In this document: piece by piece, positions 14,764 through 27,889 of the stretch
How the letters are laid out: the number at the start of each line of letters is the position of its first letter
Position numbering within the stretch: the first letter of the stretch is position 1
DNA from: Eledone cirrhosa
Lineage: Eukaryota
Length of the DNA: 64,000 bases
NCBI GenBank assembly: GCA_964016885.1
Contig: OZ024745.1
Location: 132,680,001-132,744,000, forward strand
Reading direction: 5' to 3'
Notes under the pieces: model-generated
What the model was told of the DNA's origin: nothing
Seen by the model: the letters and a program-made list of their open reading frames with translations, nothing else
The model's database searches: none
Made by a program: the position numbers and the translations under genes

Positions 14764-16779
14764 TGCATATATAAACTGTAAACGTAGCAAAAATCCTATT
14801 AGGAATATAAAATCTATTGCTATTATTAGAAATCGTTAAGAGCAATTAGGCTGTTGAAAGTGAAAATATCTAGGAGAAAAAGTAAAGTTATCCCTGGCAG
14901 AATAATCAAATGGAAGTAACAACAATAACACAAAAATATGTCTTTCTTAATTATTCTATTTTTACAATAAAACTTATTTCCTCATCAAGAATTCAATATG
15001 GTAATCATTCTAAAGAGTTAATTAATCAATAAGTTGAAATAATCGCGTTAGTGTTATTCTATGAAACACTACATTGTATTACTTCTTACTCATACGATAT
15101 ATTTCGTGACTAGAATTCAAACGAGCTATTTTTTCTTCTTCATCGAATTCTTCCTCACAATCTTCATGATATAATCAATTTCTTATGGCTGTTTTTGAAT
15201 TCCTTGTTAATATTGTTTGATGACCCGATTAATTATTTCATATGTTTTTTCAGCTGGAAGATGTCGCAAAAAGTATTGGGAGAAGTTATAGAAGAATTCT
15301 AAATTGGTAACTTAAGATGTTGTTGGAAGAAAGATAATGTAGTTAAATTGTTTAAAGATATGAAGCTACTCTGTTTCCTATATTTGTACAGTAATTTGAA
15401 GCTTTGCTTAAAGTGGGTATTTCCTTTGTAGGTGGATCTGTGCCTGATTAGATGCAAGCAGGAGAGATTAACTTACTGTTGGAATTAACTTTAACATTTC
15501 TCCAATATAAATATAAACCTTGTTTTTAGAATATATTCAAGATACTTAAAAAAACAAAACAACAGTACTCCCTACACAAATTAGAGCTACATTGAATATT
15601 GAAGTGTCATTAGTGGTTATAAAACGGAAAAGGAAGGGAAAGGGCTCTAGTGTCACAAAAGAATCAGGAGGGGGAAGAAAGGGGGTGACGAACTTTAGGT
15701 CTAGGGTGCGGAGGTATCGAGGCTGCACCCCATTGACAAGACTCCAAAAGCATTCCTGCTGACATTAGCCAGTGACATCCCCTGCAACAGCCACCCCATC
15801 TCGCAGCGATCCTCCTTCAGATGGGCTGCTGACGCTCCAATCTTGCGGAGGAGCTCGGAAGTACGGGGTCCAAGTACGAGGTCTCGACGTGACCGATTTA
15901 TACACCATCATAGAAATGAGGACAAAATAATTGTTTATTTCTAATTCTAAAGAAATATGCCACCAAGTCATATTTTGTTTTCTCTACAGCATCGGTAGTG
16001 AATGAAATATATCACAGGGTATTCAATTTTAAACTGATTATGTTCTTAGATCGAACGAGAATTGTAAAACAATCGACGTTATATATCTAGTTAGAGGATC
16101 TCATGTAATATTCATGGGAGACTTTTAGTTAGATGACGAATTTGTATTTCGTTTTGTCACAGTCTACATGTCTCTCCTTACGTGTTGTATCAGTAAATAT
16201 TTATAATAAAGCACTAGATTTAATCAGCAAGTTTTGAATGGTAGATGATGGTAGAATTGATTAGAAAGGATAGGATAGTAACAAACAAAGTGATTTTCAA
16301 TCCACCGCCGAGCATATTTCGAATATTATTAGTAAATACCGTCAAATAGTTTTATAGACAATAATGCTGTAATAATATTCTAAAATATTAGTTAATAACA
16401 AACGTTTAATAATATTTCCTTCTCAGATAATTGTTTTCTTTCATAGTTTTGTCCTTGTTCTTCTTGTTAGTGTTTTAGCACTGAAAGGAGAACACCTTCG
16501 ATCGAAGCACACCCGGAGGTCGCTATTAAGGCTTTCTTCAATATATATATTCGATTGGAATTAGAACGGCATGGCGCAGATTGACTGTAAGTAGTTTTGC
16601 TTCTTATTTAGAAACTTAGAACTCTTCATAGTATTGATAGATGCTATAATCTATATTTGAATATAGAATAATATGTGAAGCTGTAAAGAAAAAGAATTAA
16701 TTACGGGAAAGTTCTAAATTCGTTTAGTAATACAGAATATGGTACAACAATAATTCATTTGAATGAGTCAATACAGCTA

Positions 16780-17095
16780 AATCATACACACATACACATA
16801 GACACGCACACATACAGACGCACATACACACACACATACACACATACACACGCACACAGACACACACACACACATAAACACGCACAAATAGACATGCACA
16901 TACACATGCACATACACACACATACATACATACATACGCACACATACACACGCACACATACATGCACACACACATACAAACACACACCTACTTATATATA
17001 TATATGTGTGTTTGTGTGTGTGTGTGAGTGTGTGTATATATACATGTGTGTGCGTGTTTGTATGTGTTTGTATGTTGCGTGTGTGTATGTGTGTG
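16780..17095. repeat. Degenerate (CA)n then (TG)n microsatellite
   Basis: Seen directly. Confidence 0.9.
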
Positions 17096-17626
17096 GTGAT
17101 TGGTCAATAATTTTCTAATTTCTATTCAGCAAAATAAACATTGAAATGTAAATCTAAATGTAAGATTGGCTCAAGAGGTGATATATTTGTGGCATTTCTT
17201 AACTCTGGCTTAGGTTCCTCGTTAATCAGTAGTGTTTATTTATAGATGGAAAATCCTTGGCTTCAAGAAAATCGATCAGTATTTGACACAGTGTCAGATT
17301 ATATAGAATGATTATGGATTGGTAAACTGTGAACTTCTTGCTTACCTTCTTTCAACGTCTTTGGAATCCGTTGAGTTCTTAAGTAAAGTAGTCTTTTAAA
17401 GATACAGTTGTCTAATCTCAAAAGAAGACATTAGTTATATACATATGTGTTATAAAGGTAACCTAATAAATGTCACTAACCCACTTCTTTCTTTAATCAT
17501 CGGATTAAACTTAGACAATCAAATGAAGGCATTCTCTTTGCATGTATATATATATTTATACACATACATACACACTTTCACACGCAGATACACACAGGCA
17601 TACATACACTCACACATATACACCGC

Positions 17627-17665
<39 letters not shown>

Positions 17666-17666
<1 letters not shown>

Positions 17667-17886
17667 AATTATTTAGCCTGATAGTGGGGTTAAGAACCCT
17701 CGGAGAAATGGAACAAGATGAGTATTGACGTACATGTACGTCAATACTCATCTTTTTCCATTTCTCCAAGGGTTCTTACCCCCACTATAGGCTAAATAAT
17801 TTCTTTAATTTCTTTAGTCAAAATACGGCGATAGCTTACATTTCTAATAATTTCAAACCCACTCGCTGTTTCGAAAATATTCATAC

Positions 17887-17890
<4 letters not shown>
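17666..17890 (+). mobile_element. Fold-back element between (TA)n tracts; palindrome 17666-17802
   Basis: Spacerless axis TGACGTACA|TGTACGTCA at 17734/17735. Arms of about 68 bp with few mismatches; the right arm continues to (TA)n at 17891. Confidence 0.8.
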
Positions 17891-17919
<29 letters not shown>

Positions 17920-17922
<3 letters not shown>

Positions 17923-18137
17923 AACGAGTAGGACCCCGACGGCTGAGCTCAAGCCGTTTCGACGGGTAATTCTAGACTGAATTAGCCGTCCAGAATTATC
18001 AGTCCAGAATTAGCCGTCGAAACGGCTTGCGCTCAGCCGTCGGGGTCCTACTCATTCCTATTACCCACTTTACTACCCTAACTATTCAGTACTTTGGTGC
18101 GTTATGTTCCTCCTGGTTCCATATCACATTTCCTTCG

Positions 18138-18139
<2 letters not shown>
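17920..18139 (+). mobile_element. Family C copy 2 with 60-bp inverted 5' arm
   Basis: 17920-17980 is the reverse complement of 18000-18059. The spacer is made of partial re-copies of the arm start. Confidence 0.8.
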
Positions 18140-18187
<48 letters not shown>

Positions 18188-18189
<2 letters not shown>

Positions 18190-18740
18190 TCATCATCAGT
18201 TTACCACCGCTTTTCCTTGCTTGTATGGGTGGGACGTGTCGTTTTCAGCACAGCATCTCTCCATTCGTCACGGTCCTTCGTCATTCATCTCCTCTGTGAG
18301 CTTCAGCGATCTGAGGTGAGCTCTCACCCCCTCCGCCCATGATTTTCGTGGTCTTCATCTACTTCGTCTTCCTTCTACTGGGATGTTTTATAACTTCTTT
18401 ACACAGCGTTCATGCTCCATGCGCATCTCATGTCCATATCATCGCAGTCTTTCCCCCCGCACACTACCGCCTATCCCTCTTTACACAGTTTTTTTCTCAA
18501 CTCTTCTATGCTTGGTCGTTCACGCACATTGACATTGCACATCCAATGGAGCATGATGGCTTCATCTCTCTCCAGCCGTCGCATATCCGCAGTTGCTGCC
18601 CATGTCACACTACCATGCAATATCGCGCATCCCACACTGGTATCATATAACCGACCTTTCATTCGTAGGGCGAAACCCTTCGTTGTCAACAGAGGAAGCA
18701 GCTCCCTAAACGTTTTCGATCCTGTCCTTATTCTAGATAA
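18188..18740 (-). mobile_element. 5'-truncated RTE-clade LINE with (TGA)n tail
   Basis: ORF-track peptide KGRLYDTSV..ILHGSVTWA..RRLERDEAIMLHWMC..EELRKKL is typical of an RTE C-terminus. (CAT)n at 18188-18198. Confidence 0.85.
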
Positions 18741-18936
18741 TATTTAAGGGAATTCAAACTGTCCCGCCTCCTGCCATTTTACGTTATGCTATATTTAACT
18801 CCATTCCCGCACTACAAGCATGATTCAGCATCAGAGATGGATGAGTTTCATTACGTCGAGTGGTTTCCTGTTATTACATAATGGTTAACATTGCAGAATG
18901 ACCAATTCTACCAAGCGGTGACCCACCAAATTTAAA

Positions 18937-18998
<62 letters not shown>

Positions 18999-19385
18999 TA
19001 ATAAAATAACAGGAGGCTGGACTTATACCAATTGGCGAAACATATATATATAATGGTAATTTTTATGTGATATAAAGACAGATTTGATTGAAAAAAAGAA
19101 GAAAAACAACTAACATCATTTCGGACAATTGGACGCAAGAATTGATGTTTCGGACAATTTAACCCGCTGTATAACATATATTTATACACTTTACTTTAAA
19201 AACTGTATAAGTAGACCGTGTCTACGGCCGCCACGTTGGTTAAATAAAAACACAACAGTCAGTGACAATGCTGTTTATTAAATAGAACTGGTAGAAACCG
19301 GATTGACAACTAAAGAAGCTAAAAGAACAACACAATACATGAATATACACACCCGCATCCAGACACACACTTGTGTGTGTGTATA

Positions 19386-19451
<66 letters not shown>

Positions 19452-19504
19452 CATATATACATACATATATATATATATATATAAATATATATATATGTAT
19501 GTAT

Positions 19505-20854
19505 GTCCATGTGGTATATTCCATTATAGCCTAGATTATTCACCTAGGCGATTTCGGATTTTATAAAACAATATGTATCACCCATCCCCACTTATTTGTA
19601 AAATATCAATGACAATGAAACATAGACAACGATATAAAGATAAACGATGGTGATGATCGTTTTTTGACCGCCATATAGTACCTTTAGATTCTAGGCCTAA
19701 TCATAACTATTATCTGTATCATGCCTCCCTCTACTTAAACAAATCCCCCTCCTGTGTAAATTAATAGTACTCGTTTGGTATAATGATGGTCTAACGATGA
19801 TGGCTGACTTCCCACTAGCACACCTGAAGCCTGGAATACATTCCTAGAGTGCTTGGAATAATTGATTTCCATATCTTTCGCTAGGCGATCTCAGTCGGAA
19901 TGGCTGACACGTGGTTAGGATGGGCTGGCCGGAGTCTGCAGTCGCCGCATGCTGTTTGACTGCTAAACAAGGACATAATCTTTACTCTACATCCCACTCG
20001 GATAACTTATCGAGGATCTCTATAATACAATTAAAGTTTCTTCATAAAAGACTCTTTCTTTAACTAAACCTCGCAACCCAAAACCTTAAACATTTTTTTA
20101 AACTGTTTAAGTTTCAATTTTCTAATTTTTTAATTTTATAAAGTTAATCTTTAATTTTTTTTAACTTCATCCTATAAATCTAAACAAAAATTTAACGTTC
20201 CAATCTTCTGTTCACACATTATACCATGTAGACCCCCACTATATATACCTCTGTTATAATATATACCTCTGTTAAGATACGGGTCCTTTAGAATAACCTT
20301 TTTCGCGGCAATTCCTGGCCTGACTGTAGCCTGACATTAATGCTGACTTTTCTTCCTCTTTCTTTCTCTCTTTTTTTTTCTTGTAGCATGACATTAACGC
20401 TGACTTTTCTTATTCTTGCTTTCTGTTTTTCTTCTCTTTGACCGGGAGGTTAGTAGCACACTATAAGCTTTAGACCCTCACCAGATAGCCTCAAGTAGAG
20501 TAGACCGAATAGCCAGCAGTTGAGGGCGACCGGCTAAAGTGGAAGATGCTAGATGGCCGGTCGTCCTCGGGTCTATGATTCTCAGCCCCATGGATTTTAT
20601 CTGTTACATTCATTTATTATATTTCGAATACCTGATGATATCACCGGATTCATACGGAACCCGGTCATTGAAATGATCATAGTATAATAAACCTTTCAAG
20701 GATTTACACAAGTCCAGCCTCCTGTTATTTTATTATAATATTTAACTCCGTACTCGCACCACAAATACACAAACGAAGACGGTATTATTACATCAAGATT
20801 GACCATACGGAATTGACCATCTCCATCCAGTGGTGAACCTTCAAACCTAAATAA

Positions 20855-20860
<6 letters not shown>
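19505..20860 (+). mobile_element. Putative PLE-like 3' region ending at (TA)n
   Basis: Non-coding, pyrimidine-rich sequence with a GC hairpin (20522-20568) and a hammerhead about 175 bp before the (TA)n. 5' boundary uncertain. Confidence 0.5.
20628..20685 (+). ncRNA. Type I hammerhead ribozyme
   Basis: ATAC-CTGATGA-T-ATCACCGGATTC ATACG GAACCCGGTCAT-T-GAAA-TGATCA-TA-GTAT. Palindromic helix III; predicted cleavage after 20681. Confidence 0.88.
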
Positions 20861-20899
<39 letters not shown>

Positions 20900-21489
20900 T
20901 ACAATATGTATATATATACATATATATATTTATACATATATATATAAACAAACTCAGAATAAGCTGGTCCTCGCCCTTTTCTGGGACTGAGGTCTTAGCT
21001 GAGGCTAGGATAGGATCACATCCATCCATAACATGCTTATTAGAAATCAACTACGACGTACAGGCTATCTAGGTTCAGTAAATAAGGGGATATGTTTTAC
21101 ACTATGTGACAGGTCCCTTCGTAGTTTTTTTAAGGAAATATGACTTGGTTGTTGTCGATGTGGTATAGGAAAGGGGTGTAGAAATGAACAAAGATAAGGT
21201 AACTCAAATATCAATAATAAGTTAAGATAATTAAAAGATAAAACAAATTTAAAGGAAACAAAAAAAGGTTTGTAAACATCGGGTACATAAAGATGAAACC
21301 AAAAACTTGAAGGACGTGGGTTATAATATTAAAATTTGAGAAATAATAGTAGTAGTATGCGGTAAGGTTAAACATAAGGTAAATGTAATTAAAATAATAA
21401 TTGTTTCTACTTTTGGGACACGGCCAGCAATTATTCCAGTCTATTACTGGTACTTTGTTTTATGGAGTAATGTAATTAAAATAATAATT

Positions 21490-21672
21490 TTTTCTACATT
21501 TGGCACAAGGCCAGCAATTAAATCAGTGTATTACTGGTGCTTTATTTTATCGACCCCGTAAGGATGAAAGGCAAAGTTAACCCTGGCGGGATTTGAACTC
21601 AGACCATAAAGGGATGTAACTCTTTGCTGCAAAGCATGGCGTCCGACCCTCTACCAATACTGCCAATCCACC
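21490..21672 (-). mobile_element. tRNA-derived SINE, with a duplicated 3' part at about 21400-21463
   Basis: Reverse complement of the 10435 and 36231 SINE; GGGATTTGAACTC is the B-box on the minus strand. Confidence 0.9.
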
Positions 21673-22087
21673 AAAGGAATGAATAATTGAAAAGTTGAAA
21701 TACAAACTGAATTGAAGGGATTGAAATTCTAACCTAAAATAAATTGTAATGCCAGGCTTGGCGTTGTGAAACGTTTTTGTGGAAGCAGTGCTGGTGATAA
21801 TATTAGTGTTAATACGAGAAGTGATAGGTTCCCATCGATGTCTTAACATAAGTTGTTTGAGAAACTCGGAGACGAGATGTGTCATACGGAATTAGTGTAA
21901 TGTAATATCGTAAAGGTAAATTTAATAATAAAAATGACAGAATTTATGCACAAGATTATACTAAAGGAAATTTCATTAGGATAGCTGCATATGGTAAAAC
22001 TGGTGTAGCAGGCAGAAGTGAAGTAAGCTGGAATTGATTTAAAATAACGACAGGTGAAAAGTAAATAAGCGGAAACATCATATATAT

Positions 22088-22517
22088 GATGCAAATAGAA
22101 ATAAGAAATAAGTTTGGTTATTTGGAAGCCCGACAATCCCTGTTTGGTAAAAATATCAAGGTAATAAGAAAATAGAAGAAGAAAAACAGTGAAGACGATG
22201 GGAAGTTACCTTAAAAATTTTTAAGGATCCCAAATAATACAAAAAAAAAACAACGTTTTTGTATTAGAAAATAAATCGAACTGCCGCCTACGACATCTCT
22301 CGGGTTTCTCTCTGAGATTCACTGATAATTGATGGAAAATCTGAAAATATTTGGGAATATTAAACATTTCTAAGGTAACTTCTTATCGTATTCCCTCTTA
22401 TACTTTACTTCACTGTCTTCTTTTTTCTTCTACTTTCTTATTACCTTAGTACCTTTACCAAACACACATTGTCGGGCTTCCAAATAACTGGATTTATTTC
22501 TTATTTGTATTTGTATC
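22088..22517. repeat. Diverged long inverted repeat (old fold-back)
   Basis: Arms about 22088-22236 and 22348-22517, e.g. GTTATTTGGAAGCCCGACAAT versus ATTGTCGGGCTTCCAAATAAC. Confidence 0.8.
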
Positions 22518-22959
22518 TCCAATTCCACAACGCTTCTAGCAAATTATGACACCATAATATTGATTAAGAAGAAAATGCCAATGAAGAAAGTAAATTAATT
22601 CAAAGGTTAAATGGAGTGACAGAATAGAAGATCGTTATAGAGATATTTTAGAATGTAAATGCTTATTTTATGAAAAAACAACTTTTTAAGCAAATATACA
22701 TTCATAATTGAATCTTTAAATTCTTTTAATAGGAACGTATGTATTCACCTCCGACCACCTTTAATAATGCACAGCATCTTTTCAGTAGTCGCTTATGTTT
22801 GCGCTAATGGCCCATTGTTTCGTCATATGTGGCACAGATATTTGACAGAGATGCAGGTTTAGCGGGCAAGAGACAAAGACATTCAAACAACAGGTGTTTT
22901 ATTATTTTTACTGGTCTCAGTGATTGTACTACGGACATGCTAGGATATTGTCCACAATG

Positions 22960-23190
22960 CACACACACACATACACACTCACACACACACATACACACAT
23001 ACACACGCACACACAAACACACCCATACACACAGACACACACACATATACACATATACATACACACACAGACACACACATATCGACACAGACACATACAC
23101 ACATACCCACATACATACACACATACACATGCACACACACACACACACATGCACACACACAGACATATAGACACACACAGACACACATAG
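22960..23190. repeat. Degenerate (CA)n microsatellite
   Basis: Seen directly. Confidence 0.9.
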
Positions 23191-23686
23191 TCACCTATCC
23201 TAATGAAATTTCCTCTAGGTCATTACTGAGTTGCTTATCCATAAGAGAATCGTTGCGGCGTCTCGTGGATAGAATTGTGCAATCAGGTAAGAACAATCCA
23301 ACATTACGATGGTGGTCAAACGCGAGGGAGAGTCCATGTATGAGTTAATGTTAACACAGGTATTACATGATTCATTACCTGCATAATACGTATTTCAATG
23401 ACAGTAGTTTACACCCATTATACAATCATTTGAAAACGATGTAATATCGCAGGCAGACGAATCCAGGTTTGCGAAGGTCTAGTGAACATATGTCTGCGGC
23501 ATATAACTGCGTTAACACCTGATGATGTCACACCGAGAGTGTCGGTTGCTGCTGTAGTGATAACGGCTGTAAACTGTTGTAACTAAAGTAGGTTTTATGC
23601 ACTAAATTCGATTATGTAACTTCTGGCGGAACGTTAATTCTTCTCTATCTATCTAACTCTCTCCCTCTATTTATCTCTCTCTCTAA

Positions 23687-23744
<58 letters not shown>

Positions 23745-23783
23745 TTATATAAATTTATATATATATAAATTCATATATATATA

Positions 23784-24970
23784 TAAAAGTTGTAAGTCAA
23801 AAAATTTTAAACATCAAATAATTCTAAATTTATGGAAAACTTTCGAGAGTTTACAAAAGAATAGCCACTTAGTTATTAAAACAGTAAGGAAGCATAAAGG
23901 AAGTTATAAGTGATTTTTTAAGAACTCAGATGCTATAAAGTTAAGAAGTTACATTTTCTATCTTAAGAATATAATTAAAACATTTAGAAAATTTAACTTC
24001 TTAACTTTATAGCATTTAATCCTTAGAGTCATCTGAGTTCTTAAAAAATCACTTATAACATCCTTTATGCTACCTTACTGTTTTTATAATATAACTAAGT
24101 GGTTATTCTTTTGTAAACTCTCGAAAATTTTCCATAAGTTTAGAATTATTTGATGTTTAACATTTTTTGACTTACAACTTTTAATAAAAAAAATTATACT
24201 AGATTTGCTCTGATGTAAAACAAAATATATATTTATTTAAATAATTTATAATCCTTAACATACAAATTTAAACTAATTATTAAATTATTAAATTAAATCT
24301 TTAATCTAATTTTACAACCTAATCATTATAAATATTATAATCAAAACATAATGAATCCTGCATTATAAATATTATTCTTCCCCGCTATTCTCATTTCTTC
24401 TTTTTTTCATTTCTCCTCTCACGTAAATATACTTAAGCTGTATTTGTCCTTTTTAAACTAATCTCTTCTCTCACTTAAAAATATAATTACGCTCTTCTCT
24501 TCACGGTATTTTCACTGTCAAAATATATTGTCATTCCTTCTACTTTCTTTCTTTTGTTCTTTTTTCTCTCTCCCTCACCTTCTTCCAACAGTTTAATTTA
24601 AATAAACCGTTATCTTTTAAACCTTTAGGACATTCATTTGCATACTCAATCATAATTTTCTATCACCCACAATAAATATAATATCTCCACTATCCAGGAA
24701 GCTCCAACAGTTAAGGTTGTCTTTTTTTCAGGGTTTGTCAATATTTATTTATGAAACAAACCTGTATTGTATTTTATCTGATGAAAGCGCATCATAATTT
24801 GCCTTGGTGGCCCTTGAAATATGTATAATAAAATAAATATGGTTTTATAAATATAGTTTCCATTTGTTAATATATTGTATATTTACTCCACTAATCTTTT
24901 GAATGCTTTATATTAGTTATAACAATTTTTAAGCTTGTTGAATCGCAACAAATTAAATATAACCTCTGCA
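23784..24970 (+). mobile_element. PLE family A copy with about 180-bp inverted 5' arm, flanked by (TA)n
   Basis: Arms 23784-23960 and 23985-24183, then an AT-rich body, a hammerhead and the family A 3' end at (TA)n. Confidence 0.8.
24770..24835 (+). ncRNA. Type I hammerhead ribozyme (family A)
   Basis: TATTTTAT-CTGATGA-AAGCGCATCA..TGGTGGCCCTT-GAAA-TATGTA-TA-ATAAAATA. Helix I is a perfect 8 bp. Confidence 0.85.
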
Positions 24971-24993
24971 TATATATATATATATATATATAT

Positions 24994-25130
24994 AGGTAAG
25001 TTAATCCGGGTTGAATCGGAGCTAACCACAGTAAGTAAGGTATTCAATACATAGCAGAGTATAACAGTTTTAATATACATGAGATTCTACAGGACTAGAA
25101 CTGTTTCATTCTTTAGAAATCATCAGCATT
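24994..25130 (-). mobile_element. PLE family B 3' fragment with 5'-truncated hammerhead (25082-25126)
   Basis: Minus strand CTGATGA-TTTCTAAAGAAT-GAAA-CAG TTCTAGTC CTG-TA-GAATCT, nearly identical to 32470-32514. The helix I 5' strand is missing. Confidence 0.8.
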
Positions 25131-25198
25131 ATATATATATATATATATAGACGCAAACACACATACACACACACATGTCCCCCCCTCACACCCCCACA

Positions 25199-25265
<67 letters not shown>

Positions 25266-25685
25266 TCACATATAGTGAGAGCTATAAAGCGAGAGTTAAG
25301 AAATTCATGGCATTACTCCAACAACCAGAAGCTGCATTTGGATGTCACCATGTTTAGCAAAACTAGAATCACAGTAACATTAAACGAACTATCTTAAAAT
25401 AAATGACTGCTTTTAATATGTATTGATTGTCAATTGTAGAAGTCTTAATATCATGAAACGGCATGGAAATAAAAGTTAAAATATATTATCGTAAGTAAAA
25501 AAATATGAACTAAAATATCATTGATTTGGTAACACAGCAAGATACAACATTCATAAAATAGAGTGTACAGAGTAATACATTGGAGCAGAATTATTTCTGA
25601 ATTTCACACATTATTCAAAAATATGATTGGTGCATATCACTGTTATTCTATCTTAGTATAGAAATATACAAATGACACACACACA

Positions 25686-25777
<92 letters not shown>

Positions 25778-25898
25778 AGGTTTGTAACAACATTTAAAGC
25801 GGTGTGACGTTCCAAGCCCTCTACAGCACTGACTCCCATTTTAAAAAATCTATACCTATCCGTCTATCCCTCTGTATATAAAAAAGAAATATATCTAT

Positions 25899-25947
<49 letters not shown>

Positions 25948-26104
25948 TATATATATATATTAAAGTTTTAAACAAGATTCAATGAGTACATCAAAGAATT
26001 AGTTTTACAGTAGATTGGAAGCACTCTACAGTATAATAATTTTCCAGAGTTATTAATATTGAAGTACAAATATTAATAAAATAGATGTTCTTTTGAGCAA
26101 TTAA

Positions 26105-26149
26105 ATTTTATTATACATATTTCAGAGGTACGTCCTCATCAGACAAAAT
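26105..26149 (-). ncRNA. Type I hammerhead ribozyme
   Basis: ATTTTGT-CTGATGA-GGA CGTACC TCT-GAAA-TATGTA-TA-ATAAAAT. Confidence 0.8.
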
Positions 26150-27889
26150 ATAATGATACATGACATACCTTGAGATGTTAAATGGTTAAGATTTAATCAA
26201 GGTAGTGATTAACCTAAGAGAAATCTCAACATTTATACCCTAATAATGAGAAAATGCGAAAACGTAATAAATTCAATAGAGAATGTGTGAGTAAGAAAAA
26301 CGTTGGTTAATGTGACAGCTATAGAGATTTTAAAATGTGGGATACTACAAGTTATGATTAAGTAGGAAAATGTCTCATGAATCATAACTGTTTATGAAGG
26401 CCGCTGATATAGGATTTAAGGAGAGGGAAAGATAAAGGGGAGTAATATATGCAGAAAGAGATTTTTTTTTCCACAAAAGGTAAACGGTTAAGTCTCAAAA
26501 TATTTAATTTATGTTATTTTAAGGGGGAAGAATCAAGATTTTAGGTTTTTTTAAAAATTGATGGTTATTTATATTTATTAATTTTATAAATTCTATAAAT
26601 GTATTAACATTTATAAACTTCTGAATTTTAGGATGATAAAATTTAAAGGATTTACCTGGCCAGCGAAAGGAACATTTACACTATTGAATATTTTTCCTAA
26701 ATGTAATCTTTAACAAAAATTACCTATAAAAATGTCAACATTTTCCGTATGTAAAGCTTATGAAGTACTTATTGTTAGAAATATCTAAAAACTAATTGTC
26801 AAGTAGTTAGTGTAATGATTAACGCAGAGCTTTCAGCAACTTATATATATATGTGTGGAATCATGTGTGGAATCATGGTAATAAATTAATATTTGTTATA
26901 TTATATTAAATCTCTATATAAGTTCTACTTAAAGTACATCAAATAAATATGCTATTATACAAATGTCTATATTTGCACAAACTATATATTTGTACAAACT
27001 ATACGTTAAACTAACCGGTAATTATGTTATAATACACTATATATATATATATGCATAAAAAATTAAAAGCTGAGATATACGTAACTAATAATAAGATTAT
27101 GTTATTATACAGATACACTTATTTGCAAAAATAACGATTAGGTATATAGAGATATATTAAATATTAATGAACCAGTATATTTTAGGTAAATGATAACGAA
27201 TATAAAATAATAGATTCAAACATGCTAAAGTTAAATAGATACATATATGTAAAAGAGTGTAAAGGCATGAGTTATTCACAGTTCAAAATAAATAATCTAA
27301 AAATTTAAAAGTTATCTAAAAATTAGGTATAGAGATACAGAGAGATATATATAGATATATATTAAGTATTAGTGATACAGTATACTTTTGGTAAATGATA
27401 ACGATTGTAATCTTATATAATAGATTTCAACGTTCTACAGTTAAATACATAAAATATATATATAAGAAAAATAATAATAAATTCATGGATAATTCAGAGT
27501 TCAAAATAAGGTCCGTAAAAATTTATAGGTTGGATATTTGCACTATATTTGAATCCTGGATAGAAAGATAATGTAGGTATATTAAAAAACTTACAAAAGA
27601 TAAGTACATACATATTATAAATAAAAAATATAAACACATGAATGATTCACAGTTAAAAATAAGTTCCATAAAAATATACAGGTTGGATATTTAAACTAAA
27701 ATTGAAACTTAGATAGGAAAATAAAGATAGAGAAATAATGGTATGGATCAAAGTTAATAATATTATGTTATGTATATCAACGTGTCAGCGTGTTATGAAC
27801 AAGTGTCATTCATTTGAGCGTTATTTCTTCTATAGATAGTTATAAGATAATGCAATATTAAAGGCCATTAATGTTTTTCCCCTGTTGGT

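Noticed and set aside
23515-23550. Hammerhead at CTGATGATGTCACACCGAGAGTGTC
   Set aside because: GAGA instead of GAAA and no convincing helix I or II. CTGATGA matches at 2100, 12676, 36575 and 39961 also lack the fold.
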